A model generated the notes under the pieces. The model saw only the letters and a program-made list of their open reading frames with translations. It had not been told where the DNA came from and did no database searches. Position numbers and translations under genes: made by a program. Shown here one piece after another: positions 18,697 through 29,765 of a stretch of 64,000 bases of DNA. The stretch comes from Bdellovibrionales bacterium Ga0074137 (GTDB lineage Bacteria; Bdellovibrionota; Bdellovibrionia; Bdellovibrionales; JAMPXM01). Every line of letters starts with the position of its first letter. Position 1 is the first letter of the stretch. The stretch covers positions 1,313-65,312 of the forward strand of contig LNDT01000029.1 in the NCBI GenBank assembly GCA_001464715.1, read 5' to 3'.

Positions 18697-20859
18697 TCAG
18701 TTCGGGTCGGACGACACTTTTCCATCCAGAACAGATGCGTTGGCCAAATCGGTGTCACCATCCAAAAGCGACAGCTGAACCATCTGAAGCCGCTTCACTT
18801 CATCGCGAATCTTTGCCGCCGCTTCAAATTCTAAACTCTCCGCGTGCTTTCTCATGCTCTTTCGAAGTCTCTCGACCTCTTTCGCCAGTTTCTTTGGATC
18901 CATTCCTTCATTTGCAACGCGGTAGACGTTCTCAGGCTCAGCCACTTTCGATGACTTTCCAACACCGCTTCCGCGGCCGCGTCCCATTGGCTGCGGCGCT
19001 GGTGTCGCACTCTCGCCATAGATCTCCATCAAGGACTCTCGGATTTTCTTTCGAATCGTGGTCGGGGTAATGCCGTTGGCCAAATTGTACTGCTCTTGAA
19101 TACCGCGACGACGTGCGGTCTCGCTCATCGCTTTCTTCATCGAGTCCGTAATATTGTCGGCATAAAGAATGACGATACCTTCCGAGTTCCTCGCCGCGCG
19201 ACCAATCGTCTGAACCAAAGATCTTTCGCTGCGAAGGAATCCCTCTTTGTCGGCGTCGGTGATCGCCACAAGAGAGCACTCAGGAATATCAAGACCCTCG
19301 CGCAAAAGATTGATTCCGACCAGGACATCAAAAACCCCAAGCCGCAGATCGCGAATGATCTCGGTCCGTTCCACCGTTTTGATATCGCTATGGAGGTATT
19401 TCACTTTAATCCCGAGACCCTCGTAGTACTCGGTCAAATCTTCCGAAGAACGTTTCGTGAGTGTTGTGACAAGGACTCGTTCGCCGCGCTCGATACGAAG
19501 GCGGATTTCTTTTAAAAGATCATCGACCTGATGTTTTGCGGGCCTCACTTCGACCTTCGGATCCAAAAGCCCCGTGGGGCGGATGATCTGTTCGATAATA
19601 AGACCTTCGGACTTTTGAAGTTCGTAAGGTCCCGGCGTCGCAGAAACATAGATGACAGAATCCATGAGTTTTTCAAACTCTTGAAAATTCAAAGGCCGGT
19701 TGTCCAGGGCACTCGGAAGTCTAAAACCAAAATCGACCAGATTCATTTTTCTCGCACGATCGCCTCTGTACATTCCACCGATCTGCGGGACCGTGACGTG
19801 GCTTTCGTCGATGAAACAAAGAAACTCGGGCGGAAAATACTCAATCAATGTCGGCGGTGGCTCGCCCGGCTGTCGCCCCGTCAAATGCCGCGAGTAGTTC
19901 TCGATCCCTGGACAAAATCCAAGCTCTTCCATCATCTCGATGTCGTAATATGTGCGCTGCTCAAGTCGCTGCGCTTCGACCAGCTTCATTTGATTTTTCA
20001 TATCGGTCAGGCGTTCAAGAAGCTCGGTCTGAATCGTCTTGATTGCTGACTTCGATTTGTCTTCGCTGGTGACATAGTGGCTACCCGGGTAAATCGCAAT
20101 TTGATCAAGCTCTTCCAAAGTTTCCCCGCGAAGCGGATCAATCCAAGAAACCTTCTCGATATAGTCGCCAAAGAACTCGACTCGGACCACACGGTCTTCT
20201 TCATAGGGCGGATGAATATCGACGACGTCCCCTCGGACCCGAAACTTTCCTCGGTGGAAATCGATGTCATTTCGGGCGTATTGAATTCGAACAAGCTCGC
20301 GCAGAAAGTGATCGCGCCGGATTTCAGTTCCACCGACGATGTGAATCATCATGCCTTCGTAGGCCTCCGGAGAACCAAGTCCGTAAATACACGATACTGA
20401 ACTCACGATAATCACATCGCGACGATCAAACAGCGAGCGTGTCGCCGAGTGGCGCATGCGATCGATCTGCTCGTTGATCGCCGAATCCTTTTCGATGAAC
20501 GTATCGGACGAAGGAATATAGGCTTCCGGCTGATAGTAGTCGTAGTACGAAACAAAGTACTCGACCGCGTTCTCCGGAAAGAGCTCTTTGAACTCGGCAT
20601 AAAGCTGAGCCGCTAAGGTTTTATTGGGAGCCAGAATCAAACTTGGAAGATTGGTTTTCGCAATGACGTTTGCCATTGTGAACGTCTTCCCGGATCCCGT
20701 CACACCCAAAAGCACCTGGTGCTTCGTTCCGCCCTTGATCTGATCGACGATTTGATCGATCGCTTTGGGCTGATCACCGGCGGGCTTCATTTCAGTTTTA
20801 AGTTTAAAATGTCCGACCGGAATTCTGGCGCGGCGGCCGCCCGGCAAAGTCTCGCTCAC
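18697..20859 (-). CDS. uvrB: Excinuclease ABC subunit B
   Basis: '[10 protein letters not shown]', '[13 protein letters not shown]', 'DESH', 'QTIGRAARN', UVR domain. Confidence 0.99.
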   Translation of the reverse strand: MSETLPGGRRARIPVGHFKLKTEMKPAGDQPKAIDQIVDQIKGGTKHQVLLGVTGSGKTFTMANVIAKTNLPSLILAPNKTLAAQLYAEFKELFPENAVEYFVSYYDYYQPEAYIPSSDTFIEKDSAINEQIDRMRHSATRSLFDRRDVIIVSSVSCIYGLGSPEAYEGMMIHIVGGTEIRRDHFLRELVRIQYARNDIDFHRGKFRVRGDVVDIHPPYEEDRVVRVEFFGDYIEKVSWIDPLRGETLEELDQIAIYPGSHYVTSEDKSKSAIKTIQTELLERLTDMKNQMKLVEAQRLEQRTYYDIEMMEELGFCPGIENYSRHLTGRQPGEPPPTLIEYFPPEFLCFIDESHVTVPQIGGMYRGDRARKMNLVDFGFRLPSALDNRPLNFQEFEKLMDSVIYVSATPGPYELQKSEGLIIEQIIRPTGLLDPKVEVRPAKHQVDDLLKEIRLRIERGERVLVTTLTKRSSEDLTEYYEGLGIKVKYLHSDIKTVERTEIIRDLRLGVFDVLVGINLLREGLDIPECSLVAITDADKEGFLRSERSLVQTIGRAARNSEGIVILYADNITDSMKKAMSETARRRGIQEQYNLANGITPTTIRKKIRESLMEIYGESATPAPQPMGRGRGSGVGKSSKVAEPENVYRVANEGMDPKKLAKEVERLRKSMRKHAESLEFEAAAKIRDEVKRLQMVQLSLLDGDTDLANASVLDGKVSSDPN

Positions 20860-22313
20860 TTGGCGACTTCCCAGCGCGATCCATCGGCCGTGTCGGCCAC
20901 TGCGATTCCAAGCTTCACAAGTTCATCGCGAAGTCGGTCGCTCTCTGGAAAGTTCTTCTGAACCTTCGCGCTCCAGCGCGCTTGAACTTTGGATTCGATC
21001 TCGGCTCGATCAAGGCCCTTTTTCTTCAAAAGAATGTCATCAAGCTGAACAAGAAAGCTTTCCACGTCTTGCTCAAGAAGCGAGAGAATCTTTCCCTGCT
21101 CACGCACCCAATCAATCAATGAACGAGCATTGATGATCGCCTCCGGCGACGGTTTCCCGGGCTTGACGCTTCCATTGTACGCCCGGACCACATTGAAGAT
21201 TTCGGCGAAAGCTTCGGGCGTATTAAAGTCGTCATCCATGGCTTCATGAAGTTTCACTCGGCCCTTCGTCATCGCCTCCCCCAAAGCTGGTGAAACCGAA
21301 CCCGTGCTGACAGCGGCACCGTCCGAAACGACGCGATTTGCGTGCGCCAAAGCCGAATAGATTCGCGCTAAACCAGAAACCGCGCGCTCAATGCCGACGT
21401 CCGAAAAATCACTGGGACTTCGATAGTGTACGGACAGAATCATGAACTTATAAATTTCAGAATGATACTCACTCAAAAAATCTCTGGCAGTTCGAATATT
21501 ACCGACCGACTTCGACATTTTCATTCCGCCGAAATTGATCATGTTCCAGTGAAGCCAATACTTCACAAAGGGCTTTCCACTAGCCCCTTCACTTTGCGCC
21601 ACTTCATTTTCATGGTGCGGAAAAATAAGATCCATCCCACCGCCGTGGATATCGATCGTATCGCCAAAAATCGCCTCGATCATCGCCGAGCACTCGATAT
21701 GCCAGCCGGGTCGCCCCGGACCCCACGGCGAAGGCCACGAGGGTTCGCCCGGTTTCGCAGGTTTCCAAAGCGAAAAATCCAGAACGTCTTTCTTCTTTTC
21801 ACCAGGCTGAACGCGTGTCCCCGTCCGCATGTCTTCAATATCGCGTTTTGATAGCTTCCCATAGCCGTCGAAACTGCGAACGGCATACAGGACTTCGCCG
21901 TCGACAACATAGGCCTTCCCGTTCTCAATCAACTTCTCAGTCATCGAGATGATCGCCGGCAGATGCTCGGTCACCTTAGGGTTGGACGTATGTGGCCTGA
22001 GACCGAGATTCTTAAAATCTGTCTTGTACTCCGAAATGTAGCGCTCGCTAATAACAAGTGAATCGACATTTTCTTTTAAGGAGCGATTCAAAATCCGGTC
22101 GTCGATGTCGGTGAAATTCGTAACGCAATTCACTTTTAGACTTTTGGTCTCAAGCCAGTTTCGGACCATATTAATGAAGACGGGTCCGCGGAAGTTTCCA
22201 ACATGCAAAAAATCGTAGACCGTCGGACCACAAACGTAGATCGACACTTCGCCCGCCTTGATGGGCTTAAACTCTTCTTTGGTTTTCGAAATCGTATTGT
22301 AGATTTTAAGCAT
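20856..22313 (-). CDS. cysS: Cysteine--tRNA ligase
   Basis: '[12 protein letters not shown]', '[12 protein letters not shown]', 'FPHHENE', KMSKS. Confidence 0.99.
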   Translation of the reverse strand: MLKIYNTISKTKEEFKPIKAGEVSIYVCGPTVYDFLHVGNFRGPVFINMVRNWLETKSLKVNCVTNFTDIDDRILNRSLKENVDSLVISERYISEYKTDFKNLGLRPHTSNPKVTEHLPAIISMTEKLIENGKAYVVDGEVLYAVRSFDGYGKLSKRDIEDMRTGTRVQPGEKKKDVLDFSLWKPAKPGEPSWPSPWGPGRPGWHIECSAMIEAIFGDTIDIHGGGMDLIFPHHENEVAQSEGASGKPFVKYWLHWNMINFGGMKMSKSVGNIRTARDFLSEYHSEIYKFMILSVHYRSPSDFSDVGIERAVSGLARIYSALAHANRVVSDGAAVSTGSVSPALGEAMTKGRVKLHEAMDDDFNTPEAFAEIFNVVRAYNGSVKPGKPSPEAIINARSLIDWVREQGKILSLLEQDVESFLVQLDDILLKKKGLDRAEIESKVQARWSAKVQKNFPESDRLRDELVKLGIAVADTADGSRWEVAK

Positions 22314-22331
22314 TCTTTTCCCCGCCTAAGA

Positions 22332-23840
22332 CTAGGCTTTCAGGCAACGATCTACACGATTGATCAGCGACGACTTTGCCAAAAGCGGAACAAGAACTTT
22401 AAGCTCCGTTCCTTGCGGCGTTCCGATCACGGCGACGCGAATCGGTTGAAAGAGCTGCTTTCCTTTCACGCCCGTCTGATCCTTCACCCGATCTTGGATC
22501 GCAGCGAACTCCGGTTCCGTGATGTACTTTGCAGCGTGCTTTTCCAGCTCCGACTTCCACGCCGCCCACACTTTCAAAGTGTCAGGCCAAGCTTTTACTT
22601 CTGTAGCCTCCGGCTTTAATGAAAACTTCGAATCATCCAACGCTTCAAAAAGTTTCGGCGCATCGGCCAATGTCTGCATCGATGTTTTGAAAGCCGACAG
22701 TGCGTGATCCCGCCACTGAACATCGTCGCCCTGCGGAATTGTCAAACCCGCTTCCTTCAAGAACGGCTGAAGGCGCGACCAGAGCTCTTCGTGCGGCAGA
22801 GCGCGAAGGTACATCGAGTTCATCCAAAGAAGTTTCGTGTCATCGAAAACGGCGGGCGCCGAATTGAATCTCTCGTAGGTGAATAGCTCAATCTGCTCTT
22901 CACGTGATAAAATCTCGCGCCCATCCGGTGACGACCAACCCGAGAGCAAAATGAAATTGCAGAGGGCTTCGGGCATGTAACCCTTCAACCGAAAGTCATT
23001 GCACGACGTCGCGCCATGACGTTTTGAAAGCTTCTGTTTATCTGGACCCAATATAAATGAGAGATGGCCAAACTTAGGCGAAGCATAACCGAACGCTTCA
23101 AATAGCATCATCTGTCGAAGCGTGTTCGACAGATGCTCTTCGGCGCGAAACACGTGCGTGATCTTCATCAATGCATCATCGATCGCGCAGCAAAAATTGT
23201 AGACCGGCATTCCGTTCGAACGAATGCAGACGAAATCGCCAACCATGTCCGACGGAAATTTCACTTCACCGCGGACAAGATCGTTAAGTACATACTCACG
23301 TTTTTCAGGTTCACCTTTTCGATTCACCTGAAACCGAATCGCCGCAGTCTCGCCCTTTGCCAAGCGGGCGCGCGCTTCCGTCAGTGGAACAAGTGTTTCG
23401 GGAGCCTCGATCTGCGGTGGTTTTCCGGTCTTGATCAATCGCTCTTTGATCGCATCAAGCTCAGCATCTGTCCGAAAATCATAATAAGCCCGCCCACTCT
23501 CAACGAGTTTCTGCGCGTGCTGAAGATAAATTTCTTTTCGATGACTCTGACGGTACGGACCATACGGTCCCATGTCCGCATGCGTCTCCGGGTGCGGACC
23601 TTCATCCCACTTTAAGCCCAGCCACTTCAGGTCATTGATCTGCATTCGCATCGACTCTTCTGTGGACCGCTCAAGATCCGTGTCTTCGACTCGCAGAATG
23701 AATTCGCCGCCGGTTTTTTTAGCGTAAAGAAAATTGTAGAGAGCCGTGCGCGCACCACCGACGTGAAGATAACCCGTGGGGCTGGGAGCAAAACGAACTC
23801 GGACAGGCGTTGATGACATAAGTTCCTCGTATCGCTCCAC
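22332..23840 (-). CDS. gltX: Glutamate--tRNA ligase
   Basis: 'RFAPSPTGYLHVGGART', 'PYRQS', KLSKR. Confidence 0.98.
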   Translation of the reverse strand: MERYEELMSSTPVRVRFAPSPTGYLHVGGARTALYNFLYAKKTGGEFILRVEDTDLERSTEESMRMQINDLKWLGLKWDEGPHPETHADMGPYGPYRQSHRKEIYLQHAQKLVESGRAYYDFRTDAELDAIKERLIKTGKPPQIEAPETLVPLTEARARLAKGETAAIRFQVNRKGEPEKREYVLNDLVRGEVKFPSDMVGDFVCIRSNGMPVYNFCCAIDDALMKITHVFRAEEHLSNTLRQMMLFEAFGYASPKFGHLSFILGPDKQKLSKRHGATSCNDFRLKGYMPEALCNFILLSGWSSPDGREILSREEQIELFTYERFNSAPAVFDDTKLLWMNSMYLRALPHEELWSRLQPFLKEAGLTIPQGDDVQWRDHALSAFKTSMQTLADAPKLFEALDDSKFSLKPEATEVKAWPDTLKVWAAWKSELEKHAAKYITEPEFAAIQDRVKDQTGVKGKQLFQPIRVAVIGTPQGTELKVLVPLLAKSSLINRVDRCLKA

Positions 23841-23843
23841 AAT

Positions 23844-23875
23844 AAAACGAACCCGGTTGTTTTCACAACCGGGCT
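23844..23875 (-). terminator. Intrinsic terminator after carD
   Basis: Minus strand CCCGGTTGT-GAAA-ACAACCGGG followed by TTCGTTTT. Confidence 0.7.
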
Positions 23876-23945
23876 CTCCCTTTGAGCGTACTTTTAAGCG
23901 ATCGGTAACGTGTTCTTCCGGCGGGAAGCGCCAGCTCGAACGACC

Positions 23946-24845
23946 CTATGTCAGGTCGAGGATGGCCTTAACTTCAGCCTCTTTCATCAACTCGTCGCGG
24001 CCTGTTGCCAAGATGAGCTCTTTGATCAGAAGATTTCGAGCCGTATCGAGCATCTTGCGCTCGCCAAAGCTGAGCTCTTTGTCGACTTTGAGCAAAAAGA
24101 GATCGCGCAAAACCTCAGCGATCTCGCGAACGCCTCCCGTTTTGATTTTCTCCATGTACTCGCGGTACCGGCGGTTCCAGGTTTGGTTGTCGATCTTTAC
24201 GTCTGTCTGCTTCAAGATGCTGACAACCAAGGTCGCTTCTTCTTTCGAGATGATCGGACGAAGCCCGACGTTCTTCACGTTGGCCTGCGGGACCATGATC
24301 TTCATTCCACTGTCGAGAATCTGAATGCTATAAAACGTCAGCTTCGTTCCCGCGATCTCTTTGGTCTCGATTGCGTTCACTCGTCCGACACCGTGGCCAG
24401 GGTAAACAGCATTGTCGCCGACTTTGAATTCAATCGGCTCATCGCTGAGCTCAGCCAAAGTTTTCGTCGCCTCAACAGCGCCCGGACGATAACCACGATT
24501 CGAACGTGCAGGAGTCTTCGGAGCCAGCAAAGCCGCGTCAGGATGTACGTACGCCGTTGGATCCACGACCGGAGCCGCGACAACGGGAACAGAAGCAGGT
24601 TGTGATTTAGGAGCCACTGTCTTGTAAGCAGGTGCGCCTTTACGGGCCGTCGACGAAATATGCGACGACGAAGTTCTCACATTGGCTTGTACAGCTGTCG
24701 TTTTCAAAGGTGCCTTTACCGATGCCTTAAGGGCCACCGAAGTATTTTTAGTTGGAACGGATTTCGATTTCTCCGAAGCCGACTTCGTCTGTGTCGACTT
24801 CGTCTGATTGGTTTGCGGAGCTTTCCCCGACGGTTTTGATTTCAC
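23946..24845 (-). CDS. carD: CarD/CdnL family RNAP-binding regulator with long basic N-terminal extension
   Basis: 'FKVGDNAVYPGHGVG', 'GLRPII', 'TWNRRYREYMEKIKTG', 'KELSFGERKMLD'; likely GTG start at 24845 after GGAGGA. Confidence 0.9.
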   Translation of the reverse strand: MKSKPSGKAPQTNQTKSTQTKSASEKSKSVPTKNTSVALKASVKAPLKTTAVQANVRTSSSHISSTARKGAPAYKTVAPKSQPASVPVVAAPVVDPTAYVHPDAALLAPKTPARSNRGYRPGAVEATKTLAELSDEPIEFKVGDNAVYPGHGVGRVNAIETKEIAGTKLTFYSIQILDSGMKIMVPQANVKNVGLRPIISKEEATLVVSILKQTDVKIDNQTWNRRYREYMEKIKTGGVREIAEVLRDLFLLKVDKELSFGERKMLDTARNLLIKELILATGRDELMKEAEVKAILDLT

Positions 24846-25092
24846 GCCTTCCTCCACGAATGACGCTGTGCGGTTTGTTCCACCAAGTCTCGCTCTGACA
24901 GCCGCCCCACCGACTAAAATCAGAAACACGACTCAAACTTCATTACGAAGCCCGCAGCCAGCTTTCATCCGGTCGAAGTTATAGCATCTATGACACTCTC
25001 CATCAACAAACGGAGACCTTTAACGGCACCCCGTCGCAAGAATTTCAGGCTTTGACAGATGCTAAAGTCACAAGTTCATGATGCTGCGCATC

Positions 25093-25123
25093 AAATCCTC
25101 TCAGATGTGATCTCAGAGGATTT
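25093..25123. other. 31-bp near-perfect palindrome upstream of carD
   Basis: AAATCCTCT-C-AGAT-GTG-ATCT-C-AGAGGATTT. Function unknown (operator or terminator). Confidence 0.5.
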
Positions 25124-25228
25124 CCTGCGAACTGATTTGAAGATTTTTCTCACGGCCAAAGAGGCCACGAGCGCGATTCGTCACCGGTGAGTGGCTAAAA
25201 AACCACTCTAGTGAATTTTCAGACTAAT

Positions 25229-27481
25229 TTACTGCGCGGCTGAAACGATCAAAGCATAGCCCTGCTTGGTGATCGGAACGTTGTAACCACGAACTTCAAT
25301 TTGATACTGACCAGCAGGAAGAGAAATCGCGACATGCTCGTTGTTGTTCACTCGGTCGGCGACTTCAAATCTCTGTCCACGGCTGTCGATGATCGCAAGA
25401 TCAAGATCGTTCACCAATGTTTGTGCGGCGGCAGCAGCACCGGGAACGTCCGAGTACACAAGCGTCGCCGTGAGCTCTGTCGCCTTCGCGAGATTCACGG
25501 GATACATGTGACGATCGCCAGGCCCGAGGCCGACGCGCTCGTCGACGAGAAGCGACGTCTCAAGCGTCGTCGCTTTTGAAACATCAACGCGGCCGTAGCC
25601 TTCATCCATATTCGGTCGAACAGTCGCGAGCTCTTGGCCCCGCGAAGTTCCGACGGCACCGAATTGACCTGGGAACAAATCTTCCGCCGTGTGCATGAGA
25701 ACAGCTTTTACGATCGCCGCTGTTGGTGATGCGATCTTTCGGTCTTTGATCAAATACTCGCGAACGACAGCCGCAGCACCTGCCACGAGCGGCGTCGACA
25801 TCGACGTTCCACCCGACCAAACATACTGATCGTTGTAAGCACCCCACAGCGGATCCGACTTCGGATGTCGCGAACGGGTCGATAATATATTTGTGCCCGG
25901 CGCGACGACTTCTGGTTTTAAGCGACCATCTAGCGTCGGACCTCGGCTGGAAAACGGCGCAAGGCCCCTTTCGTTTTCCGACAACCGCGAACTCGCCAGA
26001 GGCTCGACGCCCCATTTGTCTTTTCCAATGCGAAGCTCGATGAGCTTGGCTTGGATGCCGCCAGTCTCTACCAAATTCTTACTCGCTCCGACCGTTAAAG
26101 CATTCTTCGCTGTTCCCGGCGTCGATACAGAATTTCCGTCGATGCGCCCGTCGCGATCAGCGTCTTCGCCGTTATTTCCGGCGGCGAAAAGAATCAAAAA
26201 TTCAGGATTTGAATAAATGAATTCGTCCACTTGCTGAGCCATGGAATCGTAAACGCCAAAGCTTGCGGCGGATCCCCACGAATTCGTGTGAACGCGCGCC
26301 CCTGAAGAATAGGCTTTTCCGAACATGTCTTTGAGCTTTGAAGGGATGCTCAAATTATCAAGCATCGGGCTCCAAAGACTTTGTGGAAGAATCTGCGCCG
26401 CCGTTGCTGCGCCCTTCACTTTACCGCTGGAGGCTTGGCCATCGGCCCCAACAGAACCAGCCACGTGCGTGCCGTGCCCCATCGGATCTTCCCAGCTCTT
26501 AGAGAAAAGCCCAAAGATGCCGCCCTCTGGAACTCGCGTTTCAAAGTCAGGATGAATTTTTGCGATGTCACCCAAATCCATTCCTGTGTCGGCGAACGCG
26601 ACGGTCTGCCCCCCGCCGCTGAGCCCTCTGGCCCAAACAGCATCGAAGTTCATCAACTTCGTTCCGCTCTCATAGCCAGTGATGTCCGAGTAGTCGCCCG
26701 GCGACGAAGCCCGAAGAAATCGGAAAGCATCATCTCGAAACCACGGTAGCTCGACGGCCGACGATGGTTCGATCCACTCGACGGCATCAATGTCGGTGAG
26801 AACCGTTAAGGCGGAGCGGTTTGATTCAACGATCAACGTACGTCCCGAAGCTTTATGAATTTTGATCTGAGCTTTTTTGAAGGTTTGAGATTCCAAACGC
26901 TTCGAAAGCGACTTCACATCTTGCCCAGGAAATAGACGAACCACGGAAACGATTTTGGGGTCACCTGAGAAAACGGACGAGGCGCCAAGCTCTGGTGAAA
27001 ACTTCCACTCGGGTCGGTACAAAGAAATCGCACGAATCCGATTCGACGATCTTGCCAGCACTTGAGCTTTGCGAGCCGTGCTCGCAATAACGACCGCGTT
27101 GTCAGGGATGTAGCGAAGAATCGTGAGCTTTAAAGACTTAAAATTAATCAGATCGGCATTGGAGATCGGCTCACGCATTTGCACGACAAAGTGGCGGATC
27201 GTTCGCGCATCGGCCTTTTTGTTGTTTCGAAAAACATTTGTGCTGATCCAAGCGGGCCGGCGGCTTTGCGAAGATGCCTTCGACCCCTCCGGCGTCGCCT
27301 CAAAGTCAGGCAACAAGAGAACATTGGTCGATTCCGACATATTGGTCAGATCGATATCTCCCGTGCGAAGCCTTAAGCGTTCGCCCGCATCCGAGATGGC
27401 GGGCCAAAGGACCGAGCAAAGAGTGAGAAAAAAAGCGGCAACAAAGAGGGCCACTGTGCCCTTGGGAATTTGTCTTTTCAT
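25229..27481 (-). CDS. Secreted S8 subtilisin-like serine protease
   Basis: Catalytic triad 'ADTG', 'HGTHVAG', 'GTSMST'; signal peptide, propeptide and C-terminal beta domain. Confidence 0.95.
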   Translation of the reverse strand: MKRQIPKGTVALFVAAFFLTLCSVLWPAISDAGERLRLRTGDIDLTNMSESTNVLLLPDFEATPEGSKASSQSRRPAWISTNVFRNNKKADARTIRHFVVQMREPISNADLINFKSLKLTILRYIPDNAVVIASTARKAQVLARSSNRIRAISLYRPEWKFSPELGASSVFSGDPKIVSVVRLFPGQDVKSLSKRLESQTFKKAQIKIHKASGRTLIVESNRSALTVLTDIDAVEWIEPSSAVELPWFRDDAFRFLRASSPGDYSDITGYESGTKLMNFDAVWARGLSGGGQTVAFADTGMDLGDIAKIHPDFETRVPEGGIFGLFSKSWEDPMGHGTHVAGSVGADGQASSGKVKGAATAAQILPQSLWSPMLDNLSIPSKLKDMFGKAYSSGARVHTNSWGSAASFGVYDSMAQQVDEFIYSNPEFLILFAAGNNGEDADRDGRIDGNSVSTPGTAKNALTVGASKNLVETGGIQAKLIELRIGKDKWGVEPLASSRLSENERGLAPFSSRGPTLDGRLKPEVVAPGTNILSTRSRHPKSDPLWGAYNDQYVWSGGTSMSTPLVAGAAAVVREYLIKDRKIASPTAAIVKAVLMHTAEDLFPGQFGAVGTSRGQELATVRPNMDEGYGRVDVSKATTLETSLLVDERVGLGPGDRHMYPVNLAKATELTATLVYSDVPGAAAAAQTLVNDLDLAIIDSRGQRFEVADRVNNNEHVAISLPAGQYQIEVRGYNVPITKQGYALIVSAAQ

Positions 27482-27541
27482 GACGATTACGAAAACATGA
27501 GCGCTTTCAAAACAGAACCAGAAATAATGACGCAGCGCTCG

Positions 27542-29725
27542 TCATCCAATAGAAGCGAGCGACGTGAGTCCATGTGCGCGCAAAAGTTCATCTCGCAGCG
27601 GACGATGTTCGATGCTTGAAAGTTTTGGATCACGTTGAAAAATTTTGAAAGCAGCGTCGCGCGACTCCTGCAGAATACGAACGTCGCGAACAATGTTCGC
27701 AAGCTTAAATCCTGGAAGGCCTGATTGCCGTGAACCTAAAAATTCGCCGGGGCCTCTGATCTCCAGATCCCGTTCGGAAATAACAAACCCGTCGGTCGTC
27801 TCTTCCATCACGCGCACGCGGTCCCGAGCCTCTTCTGAAACCGCCCGGCCCAGCATGAGAAGACAAAAACTTTTGTGCTCGCCGCGACCGACTCGCCCAC
27901 GAAGCTGATGAAGCTGTGAGAGACCAAAACGTTCTGAATGTTCAATGACGATAATATTTGCGTTGGGAACGTCGACTCCGACTTCGATAACTGTCGTCGC
28001 GACAAGAATTTGAAACTCGCCGTCTCGAAAGCTTCGCATCACTTGTTCTTTTTCGTCGGGCTTCATGCGCCCATGCAGAAGTCCTAAGCGAAATTCGGGG
28101 AATTTTTCTTTGAGCGTTTCAAACTCCGTCATCGCGTTTTTGAGATCGATTTTTTCACTTTCTTCCACCAGCGGATACACGAAATAGGCTTGGCGGCCTT
28201 TTTCGATCTGCGCTTTTACGAAGTTAAGCATTTTGTCGCGGTGGGATTCATAGCCGACCCGAGTCTGTATCGGCGAGCGTCCGACAGGAAGCTCATCGAT
28301 CACCGACACGTCGAGATCGCCGTAAACTGTCATGGCAAGAGTTCGTGGAATTGGAGTGGCCGTCATGATTAAGAAGTGCGGCGAAATTTCGATTTCGGCG
28401 GTTTTTTTAGAGCCTTTGGTCGCAGCGACTTTTTGACCTTTGTTTTTCAATTTTGCGCGTTGATGCACACCGAATCGATGTTGCTCGTCGATGATTACAA
28501 GTCCCAGATTTTTGAAAACGACAGCGTCTTCGATCAAGGCGTGGGTTCCGACGGCGAACTGAATTTCACCGCGGTCAAGTAGCGCCTGAGCTTGTGCGCG
28601 CTCGGCCGTTTTAATGGAACCCGTAAATAGACCCACTTGAATTCCGAGCGGTTCTAAAAGTTTTTTCGCCGTTCTGTAATGTTGCTCGGCCAAAATTTCT
28701 GTCGGAACCATCAGCGCCACTTGGTAGCCATTTTCGATCGCCACCAGAGCCGACATCAGTGCGACGAGAGTTTTTCCACTTCCCACATCTCCTTGTACAA
28801 GACGATGCATGGGTTTGGCCGGAGTGTGGCCGGAGAGGTCTTTTACGATCTCGTCAAAAGTTCTTAGCTGCGCTTTAGTCAGTGCAAACGGAAGACTTTG
28901 TTTAAGCTTTGTCGCGGCTTCCAGCTTTTTTTCAAACGGAAGCCCTGGCTCTCGGGCCATTCCCTCTTTGCGGGACGCAAGCCAAAGCTCCAGCCAAAAA
29001 AACTCTTCAAAAATCAGGCGTCGATGGAACGGTGATTTGAGCTCCGCAAATTCCAAGGTTGCATCCTTGGGCGGGCGATGAACTTTATCGAGCGCCTCAA
29101 AGCGCGAAGGAAGTAAGGCTTCCTCAAGAACCCAGCGTGGAAGCTTGTCGAGCTTTTCAAAATCTCCCGGAGAGGCCGCGATGGTCTTTCGAAGCTCATC
29201 GAGCACAAATCCGATGAGTTTTCGAAGCTGCCGGTTCGTTACGCCTTCGGTTTCGGGGTAGATCGGCACAACGATGTCGTCGTCGGTCACGGTGTCGGGC
29301 GCATCGTCTTGAAGGTCGGGGTGGTGAAACTCGATTTGGCCGCGGTAATGGGTGACCTTGCCGATGACTCTGACTTTTGAAAGCGGTTTGAACCTCTCGA
29401 AGTACCCTTTGTAGGGGACTCGAAAAAACTTGCAGTGAATTCGTCCCGTTTCATCCCGAACGATCAGGTCATAGACCTTTCTTCGGCTTTTCCCCAGGGT
29501 ATAGCTTTTCACGGCCACGACTTCAGCCCTGAGACTTACTAATTCATCGGGTTTAAGGCTTGCGATGCTGCGAGCAGCACGGCGGTCCTCATAAGCGCGT
29601 GGGTACCACTCCAAGAGATCCTGAACGGTGAAAACACCGTGATCTTTGAAGCGATCGCCCAACTTTGGTCCGACGCCTTTGATGAACTGGATGGGAGTGT
29701 CGAATTTTAAGATCGCCAACATCAC
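27542..29725 (-). CDS. recG: ATP-dependent DNA helicase RecG
   Basis: 'QGDVGSGKT', 'DEQHRFG', 'TATPIPRT', 'QLRGRVGRG', 'RGPGEFLG.RQSG'. Confidence 0.99.
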   Translation of the reverse strand: MMLAILKFDTPIQFIKGVGPKLGDRFKDHGVFTVQDLLEWYPRAYEDRRAARSIASLKPDELVSLRAEVVAVKSYTLGKSRRKVYDLIVRDETGRIHCKFFRVPYKGYFERFKPLSKVRVIGKVTHYRGQIEFHHPDLQDDAPDTVTDDDIVVPIYPETEGVTNRQLRKLIGFVLDELRKTIAASPGDFEKLDKLPRWVLEEALLPSRFEALDKVHRPPKDATLEFAELKSPFHRRLIFEEFFWLELWLASRKEGMAREPGLPFEKKLEAATKLKQSLPFALTKAQLRTFDEIVKDLSGHTPAKPMHRLVQGDVGSGKTLVALMSALVAIENGYQVALMVPTEILAEQHYRTAKKLLEPLGIQVGLFTGSIKTAERAQAQALLDRGEIQFAVGTHALIEDAVVFKNLGLVIIDEQHRFGVHQRAKLKNKGQKVAATKGSKKTAEIEISPHFLIMTATPIPRTLAMTVYGDLDVSVIDELPVGRSPIQTRVGYESHRDKMLNFVKAQIEKGRQAYFVYPLVEESEKIDLKNAMTEFETLKEKFPEFRLGLLHGRMKPDEKEQVMRSFRDGEFQILVATTVIEVGVDVPNANIIVIEHSERFGLSQLHQLRGRVGRGEHKSFCLLMLGRAVSEEARDRVRVMEETTDGFVISERDLEIRGPGEFLGSRQSGLPGFKLANIVRDVRILQESRDAAFKIFQRDPKLSSIEHRPLRDELLRAHGLTSLASIG

Positions 29726-29765
29726 TCCTTGGAGACTGAAGCTCTTCTTGGCACACTAAGAGGGT

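Noticed and set aside
23852-23873. Third copy of the 69-bp palindrome (shares CCCGGTT/AACCGGG)
   Set aside because: It lacks the GGTACC ends, T-tract and centre; it fits an ordinary GAAA-loop terminator.
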